In this document: piece by piece, positions 38,249 to 47,709 of the stretch
Layout of the letters: every line of letters starts with the position of its first letter
How positions within the stretch are numbered: the stretch's first letter is position 1
NCBI GenBank assembly: GCA_016182565.1
Contig: JACPGI010000004.1
Location: 174,775 to 238,774, forward strand
Origin: a candidate division WWE3 bacterium
GTDB lineage: Bacteria > Patescibacteriota > WWE3 > UBA101185 > UBA10185
Direction of reading: 5' to 3'
DNA: 64,000 nucleotides
Notes under the pieces: generated by a model
Database searches by the model: none
What the model saw: only the letters and a program-made list of their open reading frames with translations
Told to the model about the DNA's origin: nothing
Position numbers and translations under genes: made by a program

Positions 38249-39417
38249 CAGATTTTGTTGTCTTTTTTTAATACACTTTCATAAAATTTACCTAGCTGTT
38301 TAGCTTGGTTTTTAAAAGTGTACTTTCTTTGAACATATTTCATTGCCTCAAGTGCCTTGCGCTTTTCTTTTACTAAGTTTTTAGCACCAAAAGCCCGGTG
38401 TATCTTTTTTGCTAAATCCCGAGCATCTGCCGGCTCTACCAGAATTGCAAATCGGCCCTTATTTGTAGCCTCAGTTAACCCACCCACATTTGTACAGATC
38501 ACTGGAATTCCCATAGCCAACGCTTCAATAACCGCATTTCCCCAAGATTCGGTCAACGATGGGTGTATATAAAAATCAGTTTTTGCTAAGTAGTTACATA
38601 TTAGTGAATTCTCTATATAACCAGTAAACTCAATATTCTCTTCTAACCTGTGATACGTAACTAATCTTTTCATTTCAAGCTCATCTGATCCTCCGCCAAT
38701 TAATCGCACTGAAAAATCCATACCTTGCTTTTTCAAAATTTTTATAGCATCAATCAAATAATTAATCCCTTTCAAAAAAGATATTTCCCCAACATAGGTA
38801 AGATTTACACGCCTCACTTCAGAATAAGCTTCCAAGTTTTTCTGTACAGTTGTGCAGCCGTTTCGAATGACTTGAACTTTTTTACTTATACCGAGCTGTA
38901 GTAAGGTGTCATTTACGCTATTAGATGGGCCTGACAAATACACATTTGGGGCCATTAGATACTGCTTTAGTTCACTAAATTTTCTATCCTTTTCAAGATG
39001 TGTATCAGTGTAAACAGCAGAAAACGGAATGTGATCATACACAGTTCGGAACGCAAAAATGCATGGCTTGTTTGTTTCGACGCAAATTTTTAATCCGATC
39101 ATACTTGCAGGTCGAAACGAAAAAGTGAAATGTATATGTACGATGTCAGCTTCCTCTATAAGTTTCTCCAACTGTGCTACAGTTGTTAAATAGACAAGCT
39201 TTACCTCATCTGTTACCAAAACATTGGAAACATTTTTAACAGTTTCTGATGTAAGCCGACTCGTAGCTATTGTCGTATCATAACCAAGTGTTATTAAGTG
39301 CTTATTCGTCTCAAATGTATTCACCTCTACACCACCACCTTCTTTGGGTGGGTAGTCATGAATATTTAAAATTTTCCTCTTTATTTCGTTTTGCATTTTT
39401 GTTTCACCAAATAACAA
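38245..39417 (-). CDS. GT4-family (GT-B) glycosyltransferase
   Basis: E-x7-E region ESWGNAVIEALAMGIPVI. Confidence 0.8.
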   Translation of the reverse strand: MLFGETKMQNEIKRKILNIHDYPPKEGGGVEVNTFETNKHLITLGYDTTIATSRLTSETVKNVSNVLVTDEVKLVYLTTVAQLEKLIEEADIVHIHFTFSFRPASMIGLKICVETNKPCIFAFRTVYDHIPFSAVYTDTHLEKDRKFSELKQYLMAPNVYLSGPSNSVNDTLLQLGISKKVQVIRNGCTTVQKNLEAYSEVRRVNLTYVGEISFLKGINYLIDAIKILKKQGMDFSVRLIGGGSDELEMKRLVTYHRLEENIEFTGYIENSLICNYLAKTDFYIHPSLTESWGNAVIEALAMGIPVICTNVGGLTEATNKGRFAILVEPADARDLAKKIHRAFGAKNLVKEKRKALEAMKYVQRKYTFKNQAKQLGKFYESVLKKDNKIC

Positions 39418-39439
39418 TTACTAAGACACACCAAAACAC

Positions 39440-40192
39440 TCAACTTCCAATTTCAACAAACTCATTCAAAATCCGAGCAGCCTCCGGTTTGAACTTAAAC
39501 CATGTTGGGTTCAAAAAATCATAGCTTTCCCCATATTTAAATCCGACCCTCGATCCACGCATCATTGCTTGACCTTCTGCAAAACTGTTTAAGTAATCAT
39601 CAATTCTTCCGTCATAAGCTATTTTTGACGCTTCAATTTTCGCACTGTGAGTACTTGATGTATTAAACGTAATCAAAGGGTTTGGTAATACATTCAAACC
39701 GTCTGATTGCAAAAGTATGCCTGTTTTCAATGGTTCCCCAAGCTCAGGACAAGTTTTTCGGCAAGCAAACTCAAACGCTCTTGCACCAATTAAATGAGAT
39801 ACGGTATGCTCGAAGTGATAATCCTCTTTATTCATCAAAACAGTCACATCAGGTCTTATTGCACGCATTATCTTTGTGACTGCAAAAACCATCTCCTCAT
39901 TTTCAGCAAAAATTCTTTTTTCTGAATCTAAAACTATGGGTTTTTGAGCGCCTAATAACTCGCAGTACAGTGACACTTCTTTTATTCGGTTATGCTTAAT
40001 TTGCTCCGATGTTATTTCCCCAGTACCACTTATTGCGTTCTTTCCCGGTGTACATACAATTTCATGTACAAGCCAACCACTGTCTGCCAATTTTTTCATG
40101 GTACCCCCGACTTCAATGTCATCGTCCGGATGGGCACAAATATATAAAAATGTTCGCGATTTCTGCTTTTTTTCTGTTACTTTTTCTTTCAT
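39440..40192 (-). CDS. PIG-L/LmbE-family deacetylase (second copy in window)
   Basis: CAHPDDDIEVGGT motif. Confidence 0.75.
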   Translation of the reverse strand: MKEKVTEKKQKSRTFLYICAHPDDDIEVGGTMKKLADSGWLVHEIVCTPGKNAISGTGEITSEQIKHNRIKEVSLYCELLGAQKPIVLDSEKRIFAENEEMVFAVTKIMRAIRPDVTVLMNKEDYHFEHTVSHLIGARAFEFACRKTCPELGEPLKTGILLQSDGLNVLPNPLITFNTSSTHSAKIEASKIAYDGRIDDYLNSFAEGQAMMRGSRVGFKYGESYDFLNPTWFKFKPEAARILNEFVEIGS

Positions 40193-40570
40193 AAAAGTCC
40201 TTTCTAACCAAAATTAATAAGAAAAAACAAAAAACCTCCCGATTTTTGGAGGTTTGTAAAAGTTGGGCTTTTTAAATTTTTGCTTTTGTTTTACAAATTA
40301 CCTCCTAACAAGTTTTCCCACAAAATAAATCTTGTATACATATGAACACCTTTAAGTAAGAGGTGTTTTGGGGTGGAGATATTTGAAATGTTTTCTAAAG
40401 CTAAAATTTGCATATTTTTATACATGGCTTTATATCTAAATTTTACGTGGATGTCAAATAATTGTCCAATATTTCAAAACCCCATCGATAACCCTTACAC
40501 CAAACACTTAGGTAGGGTGGCCTAAATACTAGATTCAAAGTATTGTAAGTACAGGCCGGCAACTAAACTC

Positions 40571-40599
40571 TTGACAGTTAACATAGTCTTGGGTATGAT
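40571..40599 (+). promoter_or_regulatory. near-consensus sigma70 promoter TTGACA-N17-TATGAT
   Basis: TTGACA at 40571-40576 and TATGAT at 40594-40599, with a 17-nt spacer. Confidence 0.55.
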
Positions 40600-40634
40600 G
40601 CCTAGACTCTCATTAATTTATTAGTGGGAATAGA

Positions 40635-40665
40635 AATAACTCCGCAAGGAGTTATTTCGTTTTCT
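40635..40665 (+). terminator. hairpin AATAACTCC-GCAA-GGAGTTATT + TCGTTTTCT about 30 nt downstream of predicted TSS
   Basis: 9-bp perfect stem, a GNRA tetraloop and a U-rich tail. Confidence 0.5.
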
Positions 40666-40826
40666 ACAAGAAAACTCCTCAACTAACAAATAATACTTTG
40701 GTTTAAATAAATTACCCACAAAACTATAACTACAGTGTAATGTTGAAATGTTTGATAAAATGAAGCTAGAAACAGAACATTTGACGTAATTTGGGGCACC
40801 TCAAAGTCTACATGTCTAAAAACCAA

Positions 40827-40901
40827 GCCGGAATAGCTCAATGGTAGAGCAATTGCATCGTAAGCAATAGGTTGTGGGTTCGATTCCCACCTCCGGCTCC
40901 A
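40827..40901 (+). tRNA. tRNA-Thr (CGT)
   Basis: Cloverleaf folded by hand; anticodon loop AUCGUAA; one A-C mismatch at the base of the acceptor stem; CCA encoded. Confidence 0.75.
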
Positions 40902-40929
40902 ATAATTCTATGGTAAAATTTCAACAATA

Positions 40930-41682
40930 ATGAAACGCAACACTTTTCAACAAAACAAAACAAAAAGCAATATAAAAAATGAAAGTCTTACTGAAGATGA
41001 GCTTGTTGTAAAACTTAAAAAGAACTTATCCATATTTCTTATTATTTTGGCTGTTTTAGTTGTAGCATTTGGTTTTTTTGGACCAAAGGTGGGATCACTT
41101 TTTTTTATCTTTTCTAAACATAGAAATGATAAAGAACTTGGTGATATTGTTCCTCCTGCCACGCCAATATTTTCCCAAATTCCCGAAGCCACAAACAAAA
41201 ACACAATCACATTTAACGGCGTTACTGAACCAGATGTTGCTGTCTCAATTTTTGTAAATGGTCCTGAAAGACAAAAAACAACAACTGACAAAGATGGGTC
41301 ATTTACTTTTGCAGATATAAAACTAGACTTGGGACAAAATATCATATTTGCAAAGGCTAAAGATAACTCCGGCAACGAGAGTGATAAATCTAAAATTTAT
41401 TATGTAGTGTTTGATGAAAAAAAACCTGAAATAAAAATAAATGAACCAAAAGAAGGCTCTGTTGTAAAAAATCTAAACAAAAGAGTATTAGTAAAAGGGG
41501 AAATCAACGAAACCGCTGAAGTAAAAGTAAATGGATTAAATGCATTAGTCAAATCTGACAATACTTTTGAGATTGTGCTTGGAGTAGATAGCGGTGAAGT
41601 AGAAATAAAAATACAGGCAATTGATGCCGCTGGAAATAAAGGTGAGAAAACAATTAAGGTTACTTATCAAAAGTCTTCTTAG
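40930..41682 (+). CDS. membrane-anchored bacterial Ig-like domain protein
   Basis: TM helix followed by two roughly 80-aa beta-rich repeats (VNGPERQ..., VKVNGLNA...). Confidence 0.5.
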   Translation: MKRNTFQQNKTKSNIKNESLTEDELVVKLKKNLSIFLIILAVLVVAFGFFGPKVGSLFFIFSKHRNDKELGDIVPPATPIFSQIPEATNKNTITFNGVTEPDVAVSIFVNGPERQKTTTDKDGSFTFADIKLDLGQNIIFAKAKDNSGNESDKSKIYYVVFDEKKPEIKINEPKEGSVVKNLNKRVLVKGEINETAEVKVNGLNALVKSDNTFEIVLGVDSGEVEIKIQAIDAAGNKGEKTIKVTYQKSS

Positions 41683-42877
41683 TAACTTTTAGCAAATTTA
41701 GATCCATTAAAATTGGCCAAATAAAAAGCATTGGCGGATAAAAAAGACTATTTACAAATTGAGAGTGTAACAAAAGAGAGCCAAAAACAGATATTAGAAC
41801 CAAATTCCATTTTACAAAAAATGCTTCGAGTACCACTTTGAAAATAGGAAAAACAAAAAAAACAAAACCAACAAGACCTGTTGTAGCTAAAACTAAAAGT
41901 AAACTTGAATCAGCCCCCGCCCCGGAATTGCCCCCTGACTCCCCCGCCTCAATAAACCCATAATCTCTTTGAATATAACGATATGTGTTGTAGCCTACCC
42001 CAAATAGTAAATTGTCTTTGGAGATAGAAATAGCATTTTGCCAAGAAGTTAATCGAAACGCAGCAGAATCAGCCGGATCTGTAATACCAGAGATACGTGT
42101 TTGTACTCTAGGTACTGCAAAATACGCCCCAAAAATAATAAGAAGGGATAAAATAAGTAGTACCCTTGATTTAAAAATCCCATATATAAAAATAGAAACG
42201 GCAAGCATAGCCCAGCTGCTTCGTGAAAATGTTAAAAAGATTGCAGAAATAGGAATCAATATATATAAAATAAACCTTTTTATATCCCACCTATAAAATT
42301 CAAATAAATAGCTTCCTATGGCTATTGCTACAACCAAACTCAAATATCCACCTGCAAAATTTGGATCTAAAAAAGTAGAAGCTAATCTATTTTTGTGGGG
42401 GTCAAGACCTAAAATTGGATCAAGTTTTGTAAAATCAGGTATGAGTATCAATTGCACAAAACCAGCAACAGCTATAAATAGACTTGAGTTAAAAAGATGC
42501 GTCAAAAAAGTTTTTTGGCCTAAAATATTCATTTTTAAAAGATTACTTGTCACTAAAACCGCCACCAAATAGATAATAAATCTTGCAAGATAAAAGATTG
42601 AAGCCAAAACTTGGGAATCATTTAGATTAGTTAAACCAAATGGTAAAGTTAAAATTGCCCAAGCTACAAAGAAAATAAAATAAACGTAGGGCTTACCAAT
42701 ATAAAAATTTTTCTTCACAACAATAAAGAGATAACACCCAAGTACTGCATACAAAGACACAACTAGATCAAACACGTATAACTTAAAATCACCAAGCCTA
42801 GCTAAAATTGCAAGTTGCCCAAGACATAGAGTAAAAAGGGACAGTTTAAATAAAATTATAGTTATGGAACTTAACAT
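41660..42877 (-). CDS. O-antigen ligase/polymerase-like (Wzy_C) polytopic membrane protein
   Basis: About 10 TM helices and a periplasmic loop with an SRSSWAM-type region. Confidence 0.55.
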   Translation of the reverse strand: MLSSITIILFKLSLFTLCLGQLAILARLGDFKLYVFDLVVSLYAVLGCYLFIVVKKNFYIGKPYVYFIFFVAWAILTLPFGLTNLNDSQVLASIFYLARFIIYLVAVLVTSNLLKMNILGQKTFLTHLFNSSLFIAVAGFVQLILIPDFTKLDPILGLDPHKNRLASTFLDPNFAGGYLSLVVAIAIGSYLFEFYRWDIKRFILYILIPISAIFLTFSRSSWAMLAVSIFIYGIFKSRVLLILSLLIIFGAYFAVPRVQTRISGITDPADSAAFRLTSWQNAISISKDNLLFGVGYNTYRYIQRDYGFIEAGESGGNSGAGADSSLLLVLATTGLVGFVFFVFPIFKVVLEAFFVKWNLVLISVFGSLLLHSQFVNSLFYPPMLFIWPILMDLNLLKVTKKTFDK

Positions 42878-42892
42878 ATATAAATTAGCCTA

Positions 42893-44185
42893 TTAAACTT
42901 GTTTTGCATATTTTTTCTTCCAAGCCTTATTTGCAAAGAACATAAGAAGCATTAAAATTAATCCTTCCGTGAATATCGTGATGTAGGAAGAAGCTATAAA
43001 TGAAAATCTTGGTATAAAATACCAATTTAGACTAACACTAAACACAGCCCCCAAAAGATAGATAAAGGGTAAATACTTTTGGCTTCCGAGTGTAACTATT
43101 AGCCAGGAGATAGGTTGGGTCAGATAAAAAACAAATATACCGCCCATTAGTATTCTAAGAGGAAAAACCGAATGACTAAACTCCTCTCCCCCCAGGGCCC
43201 TTATTATAAACGGTGCAAATATATATCCTACTACTCCAATTAAAATTCCAAAAACCAAAAGTCCTTGAAGTGATTTTAAAAAAGTAATCTTTAGTGCACT
43301 AGCGCTCTCATTCATTTTTTTGACATAAAATGGATAAATAGCATTCATAAAAAAAGTAGGAATAACAAGACAAACTTCAAAAATTTTATAAGCGAGTCCA
43401 TAAATCCCTACGGATTCAGTATTATTAAAAGAGTACAAACTAGGTAATTTCAAAACAGAAAGTAAAAGTGTGTCCGACCTAAAATTAACTTGGCTAAAAA
43501 TAAACATAAGTCCAAGAGGCAAAGATTCAAGTAGAAAAAATTTAACTATTTTTGCATCAAATTCAAAGCCAATGGTTAAACCTAACTTCTTCAAGAAATT
43601 TAAATTTACAAAAAAAGTAACTAGTCCCCCTAAGACATAAGAAAAATTCACCCAAGCTACACCTAAGTTTAATTTCATTGAAAAAATGGCAAAAAGAAAT
43701 AAAATCGCGTAACCCGAAATAAGTCCGATTGTTGACATATCATATCTAAGCTTCACTTGAAAAGCGATGTTAGTTGTAGTAAATAATGCCTGGGTTAGGA
43801 TTAAAAAAAGCCCAAACTGCGTACCCACAACAAGTGCCTTCGAGTAAGGGAAAAAAAGCAAGAGTACTGAGGCTATAAATATAAGGCAAAGGGATAAAAT
43901 AATTCTTAAACTTAAAATGTTTGAAAGGTATTTTTTGGCCTTTGTCCAGTCAGTTGTAAGTTCCCGCGTTGCAATAGCGTTCATACCAAAATCTGCGATG
44001 ATAAAAAATATAGCAGGAAAAGACTGCATTATATTAAACTCACCGTAACCACTTCTTCCAAAGTTTCTCGTAATAAGAACTGTTAAAAAAAGAGTGATAA
44101 TGGCAGTTACCACTTTACCCAATAATTGAAATGCTGTATTAAAGATTATTTTTTTAACTGAAACAGAGTTTAAAATATGCAACAT
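42893..44185 (-). CDS. polysaccharide biosynthesis flippase (Wzx/MOP family)
   Basis: 430 aa and about 12 TM helices; N-terminal FQLLGKVVTAIITLFLTVLITRNFG. Confidence 0.65.
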   Translation of the reverse strand: MLHILNSVSVKKIIFNTAFQLLGKVVTAIITLFLTVLITRNFGRSGYGEFNIMQSFPAIFFIIADFGMNAIATRELTTDWTKAKKYLSNILSLRIILSLCLIFIASVLLLFFPYSKALVVGTQFGLFLILTQALFTTTNIAFQVKLRYDMSTIGLISGYAILFLFAIFSMKLNLGVAWVNFSYVLGGLVTFFVNLNFLKKLGLTIGFEFDAKIVKFFLLESLPLGLMFIFSQVNFRSDTLLLSVLKLPSLYSFNNTESVGIYGLAYKIFEVCLVIPTFFMNAIYPFYVKKMNESASALKITFLKSLQGLLVFGILIGVVGYIFAPFIIRALGGEEFSHSVFPLRILMGGIFVFYLTQPISWLIVTLGSQKYLPFIYLLGAVFSVSLNWYFIPRFSFIASSYITIFTEGLILMLLMFFANKAWKKKYAKQV

Positions 44186-44205
44186 CCTGGTGATTATAAA
44201 ACTAA

Positions 44206-45393
44206 TTATCTTTTATCGCACCCCAGAGCGCTTACTGACGCAAGGTTTAGTCTTTCCGGGTTTCCTGCTACTTTCTTCATAGCTTTAACTACCTGGAATT
44301 GTTCATAAGGAGAGCCATTTTGGTCAACCCATGCGAAATGATCCGCAGGGGATTCGTACCAAATAGTAAATGGCATAACCGCTTGAACTTTAGGGTCAGA
44401 AAGCCAAACTTTTTCGTATGCCGCTTTTATATTCTGGGCTGTCTTTGAACCTAACATATAATTAGAGTTGTATTTTTTACCTTCTGCATGAGCCCAACCT
44501 GTCTCTGTAATAAATACTGGAAGCTCTTTTGTTACCTGTAATGTATCTTTCAGAAATGCGAGTTCCACCTCATAACCGCGAATTGAAGCACGTCCTGTAT
44601 CTGTTGGGCTTCCTGAAAAATCAGGTTGGGGATAAGAATGAGACGCAAAGCCATCTAATTTATCAAAAATTCCGGGAACCTCTTCGTCCATTTTTTTCAT
44701 ATAATCAAATGCGTCCATGTATCCTGAAGCATTTGGTGCTGTGAGATTTAAAGCACCATTCATAACAAAAAAGTCATTATCTTGTGCTTTAAAGATTTCT
44801 ATCGTCTTATTTAAAATTTTTGCGTATTCTTTAGGATCCACTCGGTTGTACCAAAAATTTGCGTCATTTGGTTCATTATATGCACTAATGTATTTTTGTT
44901 TTACTGGCCATAAAAATTGGTTCAAGAATTTTGCAGCTTTTTTTGTATCCGATTCAACTTCATCTGGATTTATATTCCATAGCTGTACAACAGGAATTAG
45001 ATGTTTTTTGTGCAACAAGAAAAAAAGCCTTTGCCATTTTTCCTCATCCGTATCTTGCAGATTATAGGGGATTAAAACATAGCCCCAATCACCGCCGTTT
45101 GAGTTGACTAGTTCGTCAGCAAGTTTAACAAACTGCTCGCTGTCAGGATAGATATATAGACCAAATTTATTGTTTGAACGCACTCCTTTATCTGAACTAT
45201 CATAATAATAAAACTCTATTGCATCAGTCCGTGAACAAAGATCCGGGCTTTGTGGTACTGCCCGCTTAAACGTAGTGTATTCGATAGGATTAATCAAAAC
45301 CCTGGTTGAAAATCTTGTAAAGTAAATATAGAATCCTCCGGCCCCAATTAATGCTATTGCAAAAATAATGGTTAATATCTTTAACGCCTTCAT
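44206..45393 (-). CDS. membrane-anchored glycoside hydrolase, clan GH-A (GH5-like)
   Basis: NEPN (acid/base) and ITETGW (nucleophile) blocks. Confidence 0.55.
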   Translation of the reverse strand: MKALKILTIIFAIALIGAGGFYIYFTRFSTRVLINPIEYTTFKRAVPQSPDLCSRTDAIEFYYYDSSDKGVRSNNKFGLYIYPDSEQFVKLADELVNSNGGDWGYVLIPYNLQDTDEEKWQRLFFLLHKKHLIPVVQLWNINPDEVESDTKKAAKFLNQFLWPVKQKYISAYNEPNDANFWYNRVDPKEYAKILNKTIEIFKAQDNDFFVMNGALNLTAPNASGYMDAFDYMKKMDEEVPGIFDKLDGFASHSYPQPDFSGSPTDTGRASIRGYEVELAFLKDTLQVTKELPVFITETGWAHAEGKKYNSNYMLGSKTAQNIKAAYEKVWLSDPKVQAVMPFTIWYESPADHFAWVDQNGSPYEQFQVVKAMKKVAGNPERLNLASVSALGCDKR

Positions 45394-45427
45394 ATATTAC
45401 AATCATATCATCTGCTAAAATGAGTAA

Positions 45428-46663
45428 GTGAAAAATCAAATCAGAATTATGCTTACTATAAATATCTTAGCTGCAACCATGGCCTCAACGTCATTTTTCC
45501 TACAAGATGTTAAGATGCCTAATTATTTTGTATCACCACGTGGGAGCGCTTTTAGTGTTTTGGCAGCAAAAACAAAGATTGAAAGACCTAAAGATATAAT
45601 TTATGGGTATCTTCCATACTGGACACTTGGAGCAACAAAGCACCTGCAATTAGACAAGCTTACTGATATTGCCTACTTTGCGCTTCGTATAAATAAAGAT
45701 GGAAAAATAAGAACCCTTGATGAAGACGGAAATATAGATTCCGGGTACAACAAATGGAAAAATAGTGATGAGTTAGATGCTTTAATTTCTGAGGCTAAAA
45801 AAAATGGGGTACGTTTTGCACTTACTATAATTTCCCATGAAGATGATGTGAGTAGAGAATTTCTAAATTGCAGAGAATGCTGGGAAACATTGTTGACTGA
45901 AATAGCTCGTGAACTTAAAGCTAAAAATATAAAGGACTTGAACATGGACTTTGAGTTGGTTGAAGCAGATGCAGAACCAGATCTTTCATTAAAATACAGT
46001 CAACTGGTAAATTTTTTGAATCGTGGCCTTGACGATAAATTCGGCAATTCTTACGTAGTCACTGCAACTCTTCCTGACTCAGTTTATAAACCTCGTATTA
46101 CTGACATAGAAACTTTGGGTAGAGCTTCAGATGCATTGTTTATCATGGCTTACGACTTTCATAGGCCAACTTCAGATAATGCTGGGCCGGTAGCACCGGT
46201 TGATGGTAAGGGAACCCACTCGGAATATGACGTGCGCACTATGCTTGACGATTATATGAAAAAAGCCCCTTCAAGTAAGCTGCTTCTTGGAGTTCCTTAC
46301 TATGGTTATAACTGGCTTGTAGAAGATCCAAACCCTAATGCGAAAAGAATTTCAGGTACTGATGAACTTGGATTTTCTTTTTCACAAAGTTATGATGATG
46401 TTGCTGAAACAATTTTGAAATATAAACCCGATATACAATGGGATAAGCAGGGACTTGTTCCATACTTTACATACACCGATTCAGAAAAAGGAACAGCAAG
46501 GCAAGTTTACTACGAAAATATTGATTCATTAAAAATAAAATATAACTTGGCAAAAGATAATAAATTAGCTGGGGTTGGTATCTGGGCACTTGGGTATGAT
46601 GGTGGTTATCAAGAACTTTGGAAACTTTTGGGAAGTGAGTTTATTGGTATTGATAAAAGGTAG
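45428..46663 (+). CDS. secreted GH18-family (chitinase-like) protein
   Basis: LNMDFELVE (a variant of DxxDxDxE), YGYNW and GVGIWALGYD blocks. Confidence 0.6.
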   Translation: MKNQIRIMLTINILAATMASTSFFLQDVKMPNYFVSPRGSAFSVLAAKTKIERPKDIIYGYLPYWTLGATKHLQLDKLTDIAYFALRINKDGKIRTLDEDGNIDSGYNKWKNSDELDALISEAKKNGVRFALTIISHEDDVSREFLNCRECWETLLTEIARELKAKNIKDLNMDFELVEADAEPDLSLKYSQLVNFLNRGLDDKFGNSYVVTATLPDSVYKPRITDIETLGRASDALFIMAYDFHRPTSDNAGPVAPVDGKGTHSEYDVRTMLDDYMKKAPSSKLLLGVPYYGYNWLVEDPNPNAKRISGTDELGFSFSQSYDDVAETILKYKPDIQWDKQGLVPYFTYTDSEKGTARQVYYENIDSLKIKYNLAKDNKLAGVGIWALGYDGGYQELWKLLGSEFIGIDKR

Positions 46664-46697
46664 TATTTTAAGTAAAAATATTCGGATAGGATAAAAA

Positions 46698-46774
46698 TGG
46701 TGGGCCCATCAGGACTCGAACCTGAGACCTCTGCAATGTGAATGCAGCGCTCTAACCAACTGAGCTATGAGCCC
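46698..46774 (-). tRNA. tRNA-Val (CAC)
   Basis: Cloverleaf folded by hand; anticodon loop UUCACAU; CCA encoded. Confidence 0.8.
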
Positions 46775-46853
46775 CAATATTTCTTGTGCGAAACATTACG
46801 ATAAACAGCCACTTTTTCTTGCTTATATTTTACTACACCGCTAAAATTCTAAA

Positions 46854-47423
46854 GTGAAAAAGTTATCTAGCCCACTCACCAAACAACTTCTAATTCAACT
46901 CAAGCAATCTTTCAAAGAATTTCTTACACTTACTTTCATTTCAACCGGAGTCATTATACTTATTTTCTGGCTTATTGGCCAACCGCTTGAAATATCGGGA
47001 GATTCAATGACACCTACATTACTAAATGGTGAGCACATAATCATAGAAAAACTAAGTATCAAAAATACTCTACCTAAACGCGGTGAAATATATGTAGTGA
47101 GACATCCTGACAATAATTCGGTTTTTGTAATAAAAAGAGCAATTGGTCTTCCTGGTGACAAGATAAAATTGTCCAATGGTAATGTTTATATAAATGAGGT
47201 AAAGGTTGTAGAACCTTATCTTGCAAACAAAATAAAAACATCTGGAAAAACTTTCCTAAAGGATGATACGAGCTTTCTACTTCCGACAGATAGTTATTTT
47301 TTTCTTGGAGATAATAGAGAGAATAGCGCTGATTCAAGAACCTGGGGAACCATTAAACTTGATAAAATTATAGGAAAGCCTGTAATAGTTTATTATCCGT
47401 GGGAAAACTTTAGAATTCTTTAA
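46854..47423 (+). CDS. lepB: signal peptidase I
   Basis: GDSMTPTL (Ser box), the RAIGLPGD block and the GDNRENSADSR motif. Confidence 0.85.
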   Translation: MKKLSSPLTKQLLIQLKQSFKEFLTLTFISTGVIILIFWLIGQPLEISGDSMTPTLLNGEHIIIEKLSIKNTLPKRGEIYVVRHPDNNSVFVIKRAIGLPGDKIKLSNGNVYINEVKVVEPYLANKIKTSGKTFLKDDTSFLLPTDSYFFLGDNRENSADSRTWGTIKLDKIIGKPVIVYYPWENFRIL

Positions 47424-47439
47424 AATCTTTAAAATACGG

Positions 47440-47706
47440 CTATTCTTGTGGAGTTACATCAATTTTCTTGCGATCAGAATCTCTTCTTACTTTAACAAAT
47501 TTCACAATACCTGAAATCAAAGAAAATATTGTAAAATCACGCCCCATACTAACATTTGCACCTGGAATAAAAGTTCTTCCCCTTTGTCTTACAATTATTT
47601 CGCCGGCCTTTACAGGACTTCCGCCAAAAGTCTTAACTCCAAGTCTTTTTCCTATTACATTTCCGCCTTGTCCAGCTTTTGAACCTCCGGCTTTCTTATG
47701 TGCCAT
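47440..47706 (-). CDS. rpmA: 50S ribosomal protein L27
   Basis: MAHKKAGGS...[10 protein letters not shown]...[14 protein letters not shown]. Confidence 0.85.
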   Translation of the reverse strand: MAHKKAGGSKAGQGGNVIGKRLGVKTFGGSPVKAGEIIVRQRGRTFIPGANVSMGRDFTIFSLISGIVKFVKVRRDSDRKKIDVTPQE

Positions 47707-47709
47707 AGC

